Origin: Gemmatimonadota bacterium
Lineage (GTDB): Bacteria; Gemmatimonadota; Gemmatimonadetes; Palauibacterales; Palauibacteraceae
Direction: 5' to 3'
Assembly (NCBI GenBank): GCA_035267645.1
Contig: DATFLN010000004.1
Location: 24,534 to 88,533, forward strand
Length of the DNA: 64,000 nt
Position 1 is the stretch's first letter. The number at the start of each line of letters is the position of its first letter. Under the pieces are notes generated by a model. The model did no database searches, had not been told where the DNA came from, and worked only from the letters and a program-made list of their open reading frames with translations. This document shows, piece after piece, positions 1-8,749 of this stretch. The translations under genes and the position numbers were made by a program.

Positions 1-638
1 CTGTCGTGGGACGTGTCGCCGGGACGCAAGCTCCCGCCCCCGGCCGGGTCGGTGGTGTCGTGCATGGTGTCGTGCATTCGCTGGTGCATGGCGCCCATCT
101 GGCCGCCGCCCATCATGCCGCCCGTGCCGGCGCCCGAACCGGGGGAGCTCGCGCCCCTCCCGGCTCCGCTGGACGAGTCGGCCGTGCCCTGTGCGCGCAG
201 GTACTCGTAGAGGGCCACGAACTCGTCCGGCTGCACGTTCTGGTTGGGCATGGGGACCAGGTACTCCTCGAGGAGACGCTGGGCGGTCGTGTCCGACCGG
301 AGCATGGAGTCCGGGTCGGAGACCCAGTGGTAGATCCACGGGAACGTCACCTTCTCGGTGATCCCCTTCAGGTCGGGCCCGACAAGCTTCCCCTGGCCGA
401 TCGTGTGGCAGGCCACGCAGCCCTTGGACGAGAAGAGCTTCTCGCCGCGCTCGGCGAGCTCCTCGTCGATCGGACCCGTGGGCTTCTGCACGGGAAGGTC
501 GGCCTCGGATGCGGGGGTGCCCCGGATCGCGGCCGGACTGTCGGACGACGATGACGCCCGTTCGGACGTGTCCGCCGATCCGGCTCCGTCTCCGCCGCAA
601 GCGGCCAGCAGGGCCGCCCCTGCGACGAGCGCGAGCAT
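1..638 (-). CDS. Monohaem c-type cytochrome lipoprotein with Met/His-rich C-terminal tail (3' end runs off the window)
   Basis: Absent from the ORF track because there is no stop inside the window. My own translation from ATG (cat 636-638) gives MLALVAGAALLAACGG (lipobox), ...EKLFSSKGCVACHTIGQGKLVGPDLKG (CxxCH) and the tail GGMMGGGQMGAMHQRMHDTMHDTT. Third codon positions are G/C-rich in this frame. Confidence 0.7.
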   Translation of the reverse strand, partial: MLALVAGAALLAACGGDGAGSADTSERASSSSDSPAAIRGTPASEADLPVQKPTGPIDEELAERGEKLFSSKGCVACHTIGQGKLVGPDLKGITEKVTFPWIYHWVSDPDSMLRSDTTAQRLLEEYLVPMPNQNVQPDEFVALYEYLRAQGTADSSSGAGRGASSPGSGAGTGGMMGGGQMGAMHQRMHDTMHDTTDPAGGGSLRPGDTSHD

Positions 639-758
639 TTTCCTGGTATGCACGGCAGGCTCCTGTTTTTCTGAGTCGCGGTAAGGATAAACTCCCGCAT
701 CGGACCCGTCTGTCGGACGAGTTCTGCCGTGGCGTGTAGGGAGAAGGGATCGGTCGGA

Positions 759-777
759 TGTGGGGAGGCTCCCCACA
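759..777. repeat. 19-nt palindrome TGTGGGGAG-g-CTCCCCACA (copy 1 of a shared GTGGGGAG-N-CTCCCCAC element)
   Basis: Read directly from the sequence. It lies in the intergenic region between the RR stop (874) and the cytochrome c start (638). TGTAGGGAG lies 24 nt to its left. Confidence 0.6.
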
Positions 778-873
778 GGAGAGAGGTGGCGACGTCCCGC
801 CGGGAGGCGGCGGAGCCCTGGCGCGGCCCGGATCCGTGCGGATCCGGGGCTCCTCCGGGCCCGGAGGGCCCTG

Positions 874-1530
874 CTAGACCTCCTTCAGGAGGCCCACGCG
901 CAGGGCGAAGCGCACGAGCTCGGAGCGGTGGTCCAGTCCCAGCTTCTTCATGATGCGCGAGCGGTAGGTGTCGACGGTCTTGGGGGAGATGAACAGCTTC
1001 TTGCCGATCTCCCTGGAGCTGAAGCCCTCGGCGGTCAGCGCCAGGACCTCCTGCTCGCGCGAGCTGAGCTGCTGGAGCTTGCCCGTGTCCTCGTCGGTCT
1101 CGGCGGCCTTGTACTCCTGCAGGAGCAGCTTGGTGGCCTGCGGGGGGAGATAGACCTCGCCGCGGGCCACCACCCGGATCGCCTCGACCAGATCGCGGTC
1201 GGCGCTGGTCTTGGTCAGGTAGCCGCTGGCTCCGGCCTGCACCACGGGGACCAGGTACTCCTCCTCGGCGTGCACCGTGAGGACCAGGACGTTGGTGTCC
1301 AGGTCCAGGGCCGCGATCCGGCGGGTGGCCTCCAGGCCGTCCGAGCCCGGCATGGAGAGGTCCATGACCACGACCTGGGGCCGCAGCTTCCGCGTCTGGT
1401 CGACCGCTTCGTCGCCCGTCGCCGCCTCCCCGATCACCTCGATCGACGCCTCGTCGGCCAGGAGCGCCTTGAGGCCGGAGCGGAACATGGCGTGGTCGTC
1501 GGCCAGCAACACCGAGATGGCCTGGCTCAC
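874..1530 (-). CDS. NarL/FixJ-family response regulator (receiver + LuxR-type HTH)
   Basis: 218 aa. Receiver motifs LLADDH, VVVMDLSMPGSDG and SGYLTK; C-terminal LSSREQEVLALTAEGFSSREIGKKLFISPKTVDTYRSRIMKKLG. The GTG start overlaps the stop of the upstream kinase (GTGA at 1527-1530). Confidence 0.9.
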   Translation of the reverse strand: MSQAISVLLADDHAMFRSGLKALLADEASIEVIGEAATGDEAVDQTRKLRPQVVVMDLSMPGSDGLEATRRIAALDLDTNVLVLTVHAEEEYLVPVVQAGASGYLTKTSADRDLVEAIRVVARGEVYLPPQATKLLLQEYKAAETDEDTGKLQQLSSREQEVLALTAEGFSSREIGKKLFISPKTVDTYRSRIMKKLGLDHRSELVRFALRVGLLKEV

Positions 1531-2612
1531 TCGCTCTCCTCCGTCGGAACCGGAATCTGGAGCCGCACGCGGGTCCCCGCGCCCGGCTCGCTCTCGATCT
1601 CCACGCGCCCCCCGACCAGGCTGGCGCGCTCGCGCATGCCCACGAGCCCGAGGCCGCGGCCATCCTCCGGCTGCGCGCGCCCGATGGCGAAACCGCGGCC
1701 GTCGTCCGTCACCACCGCCGTGACCGTATGCGACGACGTCGCGATCCGAATCGAGACCAGCGACGCCGCGGCGTGCCGCACGGAGTTCGACAGGGCCTCC
1801 TGCACCACGCGGTAGAGGACCAGCTTCTCCTCGTCTCCGAGCAGCCCGTCCACCGGGTCGGCCTCGAACTCGACGTCGGGCCCGCCCTCCTCGATGTGCG
1901 CCCGGATGTGGGACCGGAGCGCCGTGACGACGCCCACATCCTCGAGCGCCGGGGGGCGCAGGCCGCGGGCGATCCTGCGCACCGCTTCCCCGGCCTCGGC
2001 CAGGTCGTTCCGGATCTCCTCTAGGAGCGCCGTGCGGTCCGACCTGGACCGCTCGTCCTTCAGGAGCTGGAGGCGGAGCTGGATCGCGGCCAGGCGCTGT
2101 GCGGTGTCGTCGTGGAGCTCCCTGGCGATCCTCCGCCGCTCCTCCTCCGCGGCGCGCAGCGCTCCCAGCCCGAACGCCCTAAGCCGCAGGCGCTGCGTAA
2201 CATCGCGAATCGTGGCGATCACGAACAGCCCCCGCTCGGTCCGGAGCGGGCTCAGGCTGATCTCGACCGGGAACGACGTCCCGTCGCGGCGACGGCCACG
2301 GAGCTCGAGACCGATCCCCATGGGCCGGGCGTGCGGATCGGCCGTGAAGCACTCGCGCTCGCCCCGATGCAGGTCCCGGGCCGCATCCGGGACCAGCACC
2401 TCGACCTGCTGGCCGACCAGCTCCTCGCGGGCATAGTCGAACAGCTCGCCCGCCCTCGGGTTGGCCGCGCGAATCCGCCCGCCGGCGTCGACGAGGATGA
2501 TCCCGTCCGGGGACGCCTCGAACATGGCGCGGAACTCGCCGGACTCGAGGTCGGCCGCGGAGTCCGGGCGCCCGGAGGCGGTCTCGTTCACGTGGGGAGT
2601 CGTCTGGCTCAT
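1527..2612 (-). CDS. Cytoplasmic PAS-domain sensor histidine kinase (HisKA_3/HATPase_c, NarX/DegS type)
   Basis: Frame of track ORF 1527..3491, with the start trimmed to ATG at 2612 (MSQTTPHVNE). PAS-like FRAMFEASPDGIILVD, H-box RELHDDTAQRLAAI, ATPase DDGRGF...GLGLVGMRERA. The upstream part of the track ORF is Arg/Ser-rich shadow. Confidence 0.85.
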   Translation of the reverse strand: MSQTTPHVNETASGRPDSAADLESGEFRAMFEASPDGIILVDAGGRIRAANPRAGELFDYAREELVGQQVEVLVPDAARDLHRGERECFTADPHARPMGIGLELRGRRRDGTSFPVEISLSPLRTERGLFVIATIRDVTQRLRLRAFGLGALRAAEEERRRIARELHDDTAQRLAAIQLRLQLLKDERSRSDRTALLEEIRNDLAEAGEAVRRIARGLRPPALEDVGVVTALRSHIRAHIEEGGPDVEFEADPVDGLLGDEEKLVLYRVVQEALSNSVRHAAASLVSIRIATSSHTVTAVVTDDGRGFAIGRAQPEDGRGLGLVGMRERASLVGGRVEIESEPGAGTRVRLQIPVPTEESE

Positions 2613-2757
2613 CGTGGCGAGGAATCTAGCAGGGGACGGGTCTCCGTTCCATGTCGCAACTCCGTCCGCGCGCGTCGACGAGCGGGGTTTCTCCCCACAC
2701 GGATCTACGGCACCTCCCGACAGACACGGCCGCGGCTTCTTCCCAGGTTTCGCTGTC

Positions 2758-3870
2758 ATGTCGATTTCGAGCAACCCGCGATCCCGTCGGCGCTCCAGCC
2801 AGCCGGCCACATCCCCGAACGGCGGACCGCCCGTCCCGGAGCGTACCGGACCCCCCTGGCCCGTGGCGGCGCTCCTCCGTGCGCCCCTCCTCGTCAAGAT
2901 CCTGGGCGCCAACGGCCTGCTCATCGCCGCCACGGCGGTGGTGGCGGTGCTCCTCGGACGCAGCGGGGGCGATCCTCTGGAGGCCGCGGCGGCGGCGGCG
3001 GTGGTGGGGCTGGCCGTGTGCGTCCCCATCAACTGGCTCCTGGTGCACTGGGCGCTCTCCCCCCTCCGCGGGCTCGCCAGGACGGCGGGCCGCGTCCGCT
3101 CGGGGGACCTCTCCTCCCGGGCTCCGCGCTCGGCGCTGGCCGACCGGCAGACCTCGAACCTGGTCGACGTGTTCAACGACATGCTCGGGCGCCTGGCCCG
3201 CGGCCAGGCGCGCCTGAGGAGGCTCGGCGTCGGCGCGCTCGAGGCCGCCGAGCGGGAGCGCAGGAGCCTGGCCGCGGAGCTCCAGGACGACGCCGCCCAG
3301 CGGCTGGCCACCCTTCTCCTCCGGGTCGAGATGGCGCGGAAGACGACCTCCGACTCCGTCGCGGCCGAGCGGCTCGAAACGCTGCGGGACGAGATGGCCG
3401 AGTCCCTGGAGATGGTCCGCCGCCTGGCAAGGCGCCTCCATCCGCCCGAGCTGGGCGAGCTGGGTCTCGAGTCGGCTCTCCGCGCCCACACGCGCGCGGT
3501 GTCGGAGCAGACCGGCCTCAGGGTCGAGATGTCGGCGGACGCGCCGCTGCCCGAGCTCGCCCCGGACGTGGCGCTCGTGCTCTACCGGATCGCCGAGGAG
3601 GCGCTCGTCAACGCCGTCCGGCACGCCGACGCGAGCTCCCTCGGGGTCCGGCTCGGGAGGAACACGGACGACGTCACGCTGGTGGTCGAGGACGACGGGC
3701 GCGGCCTCCCGGCCGGCGCGTCCGAGGGCGAGGGGGCGGGCCTCGGGCTCCTGGGCATGCGGGAGCGCGCCCGCCGCGCGGGCGGGAGCCTGGAGATCGA
3801 CTCGGTCCCCGGCCGGGGCACCCGCGTGGTGCTGAGCGTCCCCGCGCGGAGCCGGAGCGCCCCGTCCTGA
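2758..3870 (+). CDS. Membrane HAMP/HisKA_3/HATPase_c sensor-kinase homologue lacking the phospho-acceptor His (Gln at the H-box)
   Basis: Frame of ORF 2461..3870, with the start trimmed to ATG 2758 (MSISSNP). Two hydrophobic segments and a HAMP-like SPLRGLARTAGRVRSGDL...FNDMLGRL. The H-box reads AAELQDDAAQRL (codon CAG at 3283-3285). ATPase motifs EDDGRGL and GLGLLGMRERA are intact. Confidence 0.8.
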   Translation: MSISSNPRSRRRSSQPATSPNGGPPVPERTGPPWPVAALLRAPLLVKILGANGLLIAATAVVAVLLGRSGGDPLEAAAAAAVVGLAVCVPINWLLVHWALSPLRGLARTAGRVRSGDLSSRAPRSALADRQTSNLVDVFNDMLGRLARGQARLRRLGVGALEAAERERRSLAAELQDDAAQRLATLLLRVEMARKTTSDSVAAERLETLRDEMAESLEMVRRLARRLHPPELGELGLESALRAHTRAVSEQTGLRVEMSADAPLPELAPDVALVLYRIAEEALVNAVRHADASSLGVRLGRNTDDVTLVVEDDGRGLPAGASEGEGAGLGLLGMRERARRAGGSLEIDSVPGRGTRVVLSVPARSRSAPS

Positions 3871-3901
3871 CCCACCGTGGGAGCGGCCGCGCTCCCGCGC
3901 C

Positions 3902-4909
3902 TCAGTCCGCCGCCACCCGCAGCACGCCCGTACCGTCGATCCCGTCGTGCTTGAGCTGCACGAGCGCCTCGTTCGCGTCCTCCAGGTCGAAGACGGTCGT
4001 GGAGGGACGGATCGGGATGTCGGCGGCCTCCTCGAGGAGCTCGCGTCCGTCCGCGCGCGTGTTCGCCTCCACGCTCTGGAGCGTCTTCTCGTGGAAGAGG
4101 CAGGGGCCGTACTCCATCTCGGGGACGGGAGACATGTGGATGCCCGCCAGGGAGACCGTGCCGCCCTTCCGGAGCGAACGGAGCGCCACCGGGACGATCT
4201 CGCCGGCCGGCGCGAACACGATGGCCGAGTGCACGGGCGTGGGGATCGGGTCGTACGCCCCGCCGGTCCACACGGCGCCCAGCTCCTCCGCCAGCCGGCG
4301 GTGGCTCTCCCCGCGCGTGGCCACGTAGACGTCCGCTCCGCGGCTCCGGGCGATCTGGATCACGATGTGGGCGGAGGAGCCGAACCCGAACAGGCCCAAG
4401 CGCCCGCCGTCCGGGAGCCGGGCGCGGCGCAGGGACCGGAAGCCTATGATTCCCGCGCACAGGAGCGGCGTGGCCTCCGCGTCCCCGAAGGTCTCCGGGA
4501 TCCCGTAGGCGAAGTCCTCGCGGACCACCGTCTTCTCCGCGAAGCCGCCGTCGGCGTGGTATCCGGTGAACCGTTTGTCGTCGCACAGGTTCTCCCGGCC
4601 GGCCCTGCAGAACTCGCACGTCCCGCACGTCTCGCGCAGCCAGGCGATGCCCACGCGGTCTCCGACCTCGAAGCGCTCGCACCCTTCGCCCAGGGCCTCC
4701 ACGCGGCCCACGACCTGGTGGCCGGGGACGAGCGGGAGGCCGGGCTCGGGCAGGTCGCCCTCGATGACGTGGAGGTCCGTGCGGCAGATCCCGCACGCGG
4801 AGACCGCCACCTTCAACCGGCCCGGCCCCGGCTCGGGCTCGGGCAGGTCGCGCAGCTCGAGCGGACGCTCCTCGATCGGAGCGATCCGCGGCAGGAGCAT
4901 GGCCTTCAT
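3902..4909 (-). CDS. Zn-dependent alcohol dehydrogenase (MDR family)
   Basis: 335 aa. Catalytic Zn CGICRTDLH, structural Zn CGTCEFCRAGRENLC, GLFGFGSSA nucleotide fold. The start overlaps the stop of the upstream SDR (ATGA at 4906-4909). Confidence 0.9.
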   Translation of the reverse strand: MKAMLLPRIAPIEERPLELRDLPEPEPGPGRLKVAVSACGICRTDLHVIEGDLPEPGLPLVPGHQVVGRVEALGEGCERFEVGDRVGIAWLRETCGTCEFCRAGRENLCDDKRFTGYHADGGFAEKTVVREDFAYGIPETFGDAEATPLLCAGIIGFRSLRRARLPDGGRLGLFGFGSSAHIVIQIARSRGADVYVATRGESHRRLAEELGAVWTGGAYDPIPTPVHSAIVFAPAGEIVPVALRSLRKGGTVSLAGIHMSPVPEMEYGPCLFHEKTLQSVEANTRADGRELLEEAADIPIRPSTTVFDLEDANEALVQLKHDGIDGTGVLRVAAD

Positions 4910-5673
4910 CGCGCGGTGTACCCTCCGTCGATGACCAGCTCGCTCCCCGTCACGAACGCGGACTCGTCCGACGCCAGGTAGAGGATGCCGTAGGCCACGT
5001 CCTCCGGCTCGCCCACGTGCCCCAGGGGATGCAGCCGGTCGAGCTTGCGGCGGCCCTCCTCCACGTCGCCGGCCTCCCGCAGGTAGCCCTCCACCATCGG
5101 CGTCCAGATGAAGCCGGGATGGACCGAGTTCACCCGGATCCCGTCCTCGGCGTACAGGAGGGCGTCCGTCTTGGACATGATGCGGACGGCGCCCTTGGAG
5201 GCGTGGTAGGGCGGGCTGTCCTTGGCTCCCACCATCCCGTAGATGGACGAGAGGTTCACGATGCTCCCGCCGCCGCGGCGCCGCAGGTGGGGGATCGCGT
5301 GCTTGGTGCAGTGGAAGACGCCGCGGACGTTGACGTCCAGGACGCGGTCGAAGTCCTCGGCCGAGATCTCGTGGGTGGGCGCGGAGGTCCCGGCGATCCC
5401 CGCGTTGTTGACCAGGACGTCCAGGCCCCCGAACGCGTCGACGACGTCGCCGACCACCCGGCGGACCTCATCCTCCCCGCTCACGTCCAGCCGCCAGAAG
5501 CGGGCCTTACCGCCCGCCGCCCGGATCTCCTCGGCGACCTCCCGGCCCTCCTCCTCGAGGAGGTCGGTCACCGCCACCGCCGCACCCTCCCGACCCAGGA
5601 GGAGGCACGTGGCGCGGCCGATCCCGAGCGCCCCGCCCGTCACGATCGCGACCCTGTCCTCGACGCGTCCCAT
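4906..5673 (-). CDS. Short-chain dehydrogenase/reductase (SDR)
   Basis: Start trimmed to ATG 5673 (MGRVEDRVAIVTGGALGIGR). Motifs TGxxxGxG, NNAG and YHASK (YxxxK). Confidence 0.9.
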   Translation of the reverse strand: MGRVEDRVAIVTGGALGIGRATCLLLGREGAAVAVTDLLEEEGREVAEEIRAAGGKARFWRLDVSGEDEVRRVVGDVVDAFGGLDVLVNNAGIAGTSAPTHEISAEDFDRVLDVNVRGVFHCTKHAIPHLRRRGGGSIVNLSSIYGMVGAKDSPPYHASKGAVRIMSKTDALLYAEDGIRVNSVHPGFIWTPMVEGYLREAGDVEEGRRKLDRLHPLGHVGEPEDVAYGILYLASDESAFVTGSELVIDGGYTAR

Positions 5674-5889
5674 TCCGGCTCCTCGATGAGCGACCACGAT
5701 CGCGCCCCCCGGCGCGTCCCCCCCCGATCCGTCGTTCAAGCGCCGTACCACCGGGATCGGGCCCCGCCGAGCCTCCCGCCCCCCTCCGCCGAAGCGCCCG
5801 AGCGGAGGCCACCCCGATTGCCGACCGACCGGAGTCCGGTCATGTTCGGGACGGAGGCAGCCCGTTCACCGAGGCCACGGAGGCCCACC

Positions 5890-6450
5890 ATGGATCGCAC
5901 CCGTACCGACCGATCGCTCGCCGCCCTGCTCGCGGCCGCGGCGGTCCTCGTCGTCGCGCTCCCCACCCACGCCCAGGAGGGGGGAGGCGACAATCCCGTC
6001 ACCACGACCGTGAGGCGCAACCTGGACCGATACGGCGCCTGGCTGGTCGCCGGCGCCCGGGAGATGCCCGCGGACAAGTATTCCTACAAGCCCACCGACG
6101 GCGTGCGCACTTTCGGGGAGGAGCTCAAGCACGTGGCCAGCGGCAACGACCACCTGTGCGCGGCCATTTCCGGCATGGAGGCTCCGAAGCGGGAGGACGT
6201 CTCGACGACCGACAAGCAGGGGCTGGTCGACCTCCTGGCCTCCTCCTTCGACTTCTGCAGGAAGGCCCTGGGCAGCGTGGACGACTCGAAGCTCGCTGAG
6301 CCCGTGCCGTTCTTCGGCGGGAACAAGGTCCCGCGGGCCACGGCCATGATGGCCCTGCCCATCGACTGGGCCGACCACTACGGCCACCAGGCCCTCTACC
6401 TCCGCATGAACGGGATGACGCCGCCGTCGGCCAGGGGGAACGGCATGTAG
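5890..6450 (+). CDS. Secreted DinB-superfamily protein
   Basis: Frame of ORF 5017..6450, with the start trimmed to ATG 5890 (MDRTRTDRSLAALLAAAAVLVVALPTHAQ signal). Motifs KHVASGNDHL and DWADHYGHQALY are typical of the DinB/DinB_2 His triad. Confidence 0.7.
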   Translation: MDRTRTDRSLAALLAAAAVLVVALPTHAQEGGGDNPVTTTVRRNLDRYGAWLVAGAREMPADKYSYKPTDGVRTFGEELKHVASGNDHLCAAISGMEAPKREDVSTTDKQGLVDLLASSFDFCRKALGSVDDSKLAEPVPFFGGNKVPRATAMMALPIDWADHYGHQALYLRMNGMTPPSARGNGM

Positions 6451-6550
6451 GGGGGACTCGCCGCGCCGCGAGGGCGGCGCGTGCGGAGCGTCGGGCGTCG
6501 TCACCCGGGGGCCGGGGCCGCGCCACGGCCGCCGGCCTCCGGCCACGCCC

Positions 6551-7093
6551 TCAGAACGTGCGGTCGAAGGTCTCCGAGCTCCCGACGAGACACCGGAGGA
6601 CATCGAACGTCGTGACGATCCCGACGAGTCCTCCATCGTCCATCACCAGGGCGCGGTGGATCCCGGTCCGCAGGAAGAGGCGGGCCAGGTCGTCGAGCGA
6701 CGTCTTCGGCCGGACCGCGTGGCGCGTGCGGGACATGATGTCCCCGACCGTGCGGTCGTCGAGCCAGGCCGGAGGGGCCAGGGAGAGGACCAGCGGGCCC
6801 GCGTCCGGATGCGGGCCGCCGGCGTCCTCGTAGTAGCCCTCGAGCGGCCCGTCCGGGGCGGGCCCGGACCGCGCCGGGTGGGCGGTGCCGGTGGCGGGCT
6901 CGCGGGCGGCCAGGGCCAGGACGTCGGTGGCCGAGACGACCCCGACCACCCGGTCGTCAGCGTCCACCACCGGCGCGCCGCCGATGCCCTCCCGGGAGAG
7001 GAGCCGCGCCAGGTCCCTCACCGTGGCGTCTTCCGGGACCGTGGTCACCCCGGTCTGCATGACCTCGCCGACCGTCTGATGCGAGAGCTTCAT
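6551..7093 (-). CDS. CBS-pair domain protein
   Basis: 180 aa. Two CBS motifs: VGEVMQTGVTTVPEDATVRDLARLL...GAPVVD...VGVVSATDVL, and VGDIMSRTRHAVRPKTSLDDLARLFLRTGIHRALVMDDGGLVGIVTTFDVL. GGAGGA Shine-Dalgarno upstream. Confidence 0.85.
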   Translation of the reverse strand: MKLSHQTVGEVMQTGVTTVPEDATVRDLARLLSREGIGGAPVVDADDRVVGVVSATDVLALAAREPATGTAHPARSGPAPDGPLEGYYEDAGGPHPDAGPLVLSLAPPAWLDDRTVGDIMSRTRHAVRPKTSLDDLARLFLRTGIHRALVMDDGGLVGIVTTFDVLRCLVGSSETFDRTF

Positions 7094-7575
7094 GGTACGA
7101 TCCTCCAGGTGGCGTGCATCCCGGGTCGACTCCGCGCTCCCGGACCTGCCCGGGAGCGTAGCTCCGAACCGCGACTCCGAGCGTCGCCAGGAGAGGACGC
7201 AGGCCGCGCAGCAGGCGGCGTGCCTCTTCCGGCGGAAGGTTCGCGGGGTCGACGTGGGTTCGCAGCGTCATCCGCCCGTCGGCGTGCCGAATCAGCGTGT
7301 ACACGGAGGTCTCCTCGCAGTCGGGGGTCCTGCACGGCTCCTCGGCCCGAGGATGGGGATCGGGTGTCACCGTCCCTCTCCCGGATCGTAACGAACGTGT
7401 AAGGGGTGCACCGGCGGGACGCGCCGCGTCCACCCTCTGTCTCGGATACTGGCGGACGCTGGACGTCGGGGCTGTCGGGAAGGTCTGGACGCGGCTCGTG
7501 GGGAAGGGCATGTCCCGGGTCGGCCCCGAACGGGGATCGGCCGGGACGGCCCGCGGCCGCCCCGGCGCCCCCGAG

Positions 7576-7975
7576 TCAGAAGGTCTCGAATCCCGGCGAG
7601 GGGAAGCGCCCGGGAAGGTAGCTGATCAGGGCCGAGACGGAAGGTTCACCCCGCGGGAGCGCGGGGATCCAGCCCAGGAGCCCCTTCCCTCCCCGGCTCC
7701 TCCCGCCCATCTCGAGGGCGGCCATCCCCGGGAAGGCCGTGATGAGGCTCGGGAAGGAGACGCCGGACGCGAGGAAGCCCTGCACCGCCTTCATCCCCGA
7801 CGGGATGCCCGGGTCCTGGTACTGGTGGTGCATGCCCACCGGGATCGAGAGGACGATGAACAGGATGAAGCCGACCCGCGTCACCGAGTCGCTGAACAGC
7901 TTCCCGCCCACCTGCTTCGGGATCATGACGTACCAGGAGACGTGGGCGGGCGGGAGCCAGGAGCGGCGGGTGGAA
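7576..7975 (-). pseudogene. Internal fragment of a ba3-type (B-family) haem-copper oxidase subunit I
   Basis: ORF 7576..7926 plus my upstream translation gives WLPPAHVSWYVMIPKQVGGKLFSDSVTRVGFILFIVLSIPVGMHHQYQDPGIPSGMKAVQGFLASGVSFPSLITAFPGMAALEMGGRSRGGKGLLGWIPALP. This aligns by eye with Thermus ba3 subunit I (FWLLPAYAIIYTILPKQAGGKLVSD...VGFHHQFADPGI...PSLMTAF...RLRGGRGLFGWIRALPW). Only about 130 of about 560 residues are present, and the flanks are not homologous. Confidence 0.7.
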
Positions 7976-8049
7976 CGTGCAGAGAACGCTGGCCCGCCCG
8001 GTGAACAGGTGCGATGCCGCGAGCCCGGCGGCCGATCCCGGGCCGCCGC

Positions 8050-8559
8050 TCACGATCCCTCCGCCCCGGCCAGAGGACGCACGAGGTCCAGGGCCGAGAC
8101 GACGCCCGCCAGGGACGAGCCCTCCATGACCAACGCGCGGTGGACCCCGGCCCTCACCAGGAAGCGGGCCACCTCCGGCACCGTGGCGTCGGGCCGGACC
8201 GAGAGGGTCGCCTTCGTCATGATGTCCCTCACGGGCCGGGCCCCGAGGCGGGTGCGCGGCAGGTTGGGCGGGAGATCCAGGGCCACGGCCCGCGGTGCCC
8301 CGCCCAGCTCGCTGTAGAACGCGGCGGGGGAGCCCTCCCCCGACGCCTCGGGCACGGTCCGGGCCTCCTCGGCCGCGGCGCGCAGCACGTCGGTCGAGGA
8401 CACGACGCCCGCGACCTTGCCCGAACGGTCGACGACGGGGACCCCGCTGAGGCCTTCGGCCAGGAGGAGGTCCATGAGGTCCGCGACCGTCATCTCGGGT
8501 GGTGCCGTGACGACCGGGCCGGTCATGACGTCGCGCGCGGTGAGCTCGTTCAGATCCAT
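8050..8559 (-). CDS. CBS-pair domain protein (paralogue of 6551..7093)
   Basis: Frame of ORF 8050..8862, with the start trimmed to ATG 8559 (MDLNELTARDVMTGPVVTAPPEMTVADLMDLL...). Second CBS: VRDIMTKATLSVRPDATVPEVARFLVRAGVHRALVMEGSSLAGVVSALDLV. Confidence 0.8.
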   Translation of the reverse strand: MDLNELTARDVMTGPVVTAPPEMTVADLMDLLLAEGLSGVPVVDRSGKVAGVVSSTDVLRAAAEEARTVPEASGEGSPAAFYSELGGAPRAVALDLPPNLPRTRLGARPVRDIMTKATLSVRPDATVPEVARFLVRAGVHRALVMEGSSLAGVVSALDLVRPLAGAEGS

Positions 8560-8749
8560 GCTGGGGTGCCTCTCGGGTTGGCGTCGTGGATCTCGGCTTC
8601 TCCCCGCGGATGGGCCGGACGGCCGGTCGATGCGGGGACGCCGGTCGAACTGCGCCACCTTCCGTCCGTACGTCAGTCTACGGAGCCTCTCCCGCCGGCT
8701 CTGTAGGGAGGTCCATGGAGGACTCCGCAGGGAGAATCGCCATCGAGAG

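Noticed and set aside
6957-7511. A 184-aa minus-strand ORF with fairly high GC3 between the ba3 relic and the CBS gene (...CEETSVYTLIRHADGRMTLRTHVDPANLPPEEARRLLRGLRPLLATL...).
   Set aside because: The codon bias suggests some real or formerly real coding. However, it has no recognisable family and a Pro/Thr/Arg-rich first half. It would overlap the well-supported CBS gene by 137 nt in another frame. It may be a further relic of the decayed oxidase locus, and it is not supportable as a gene.
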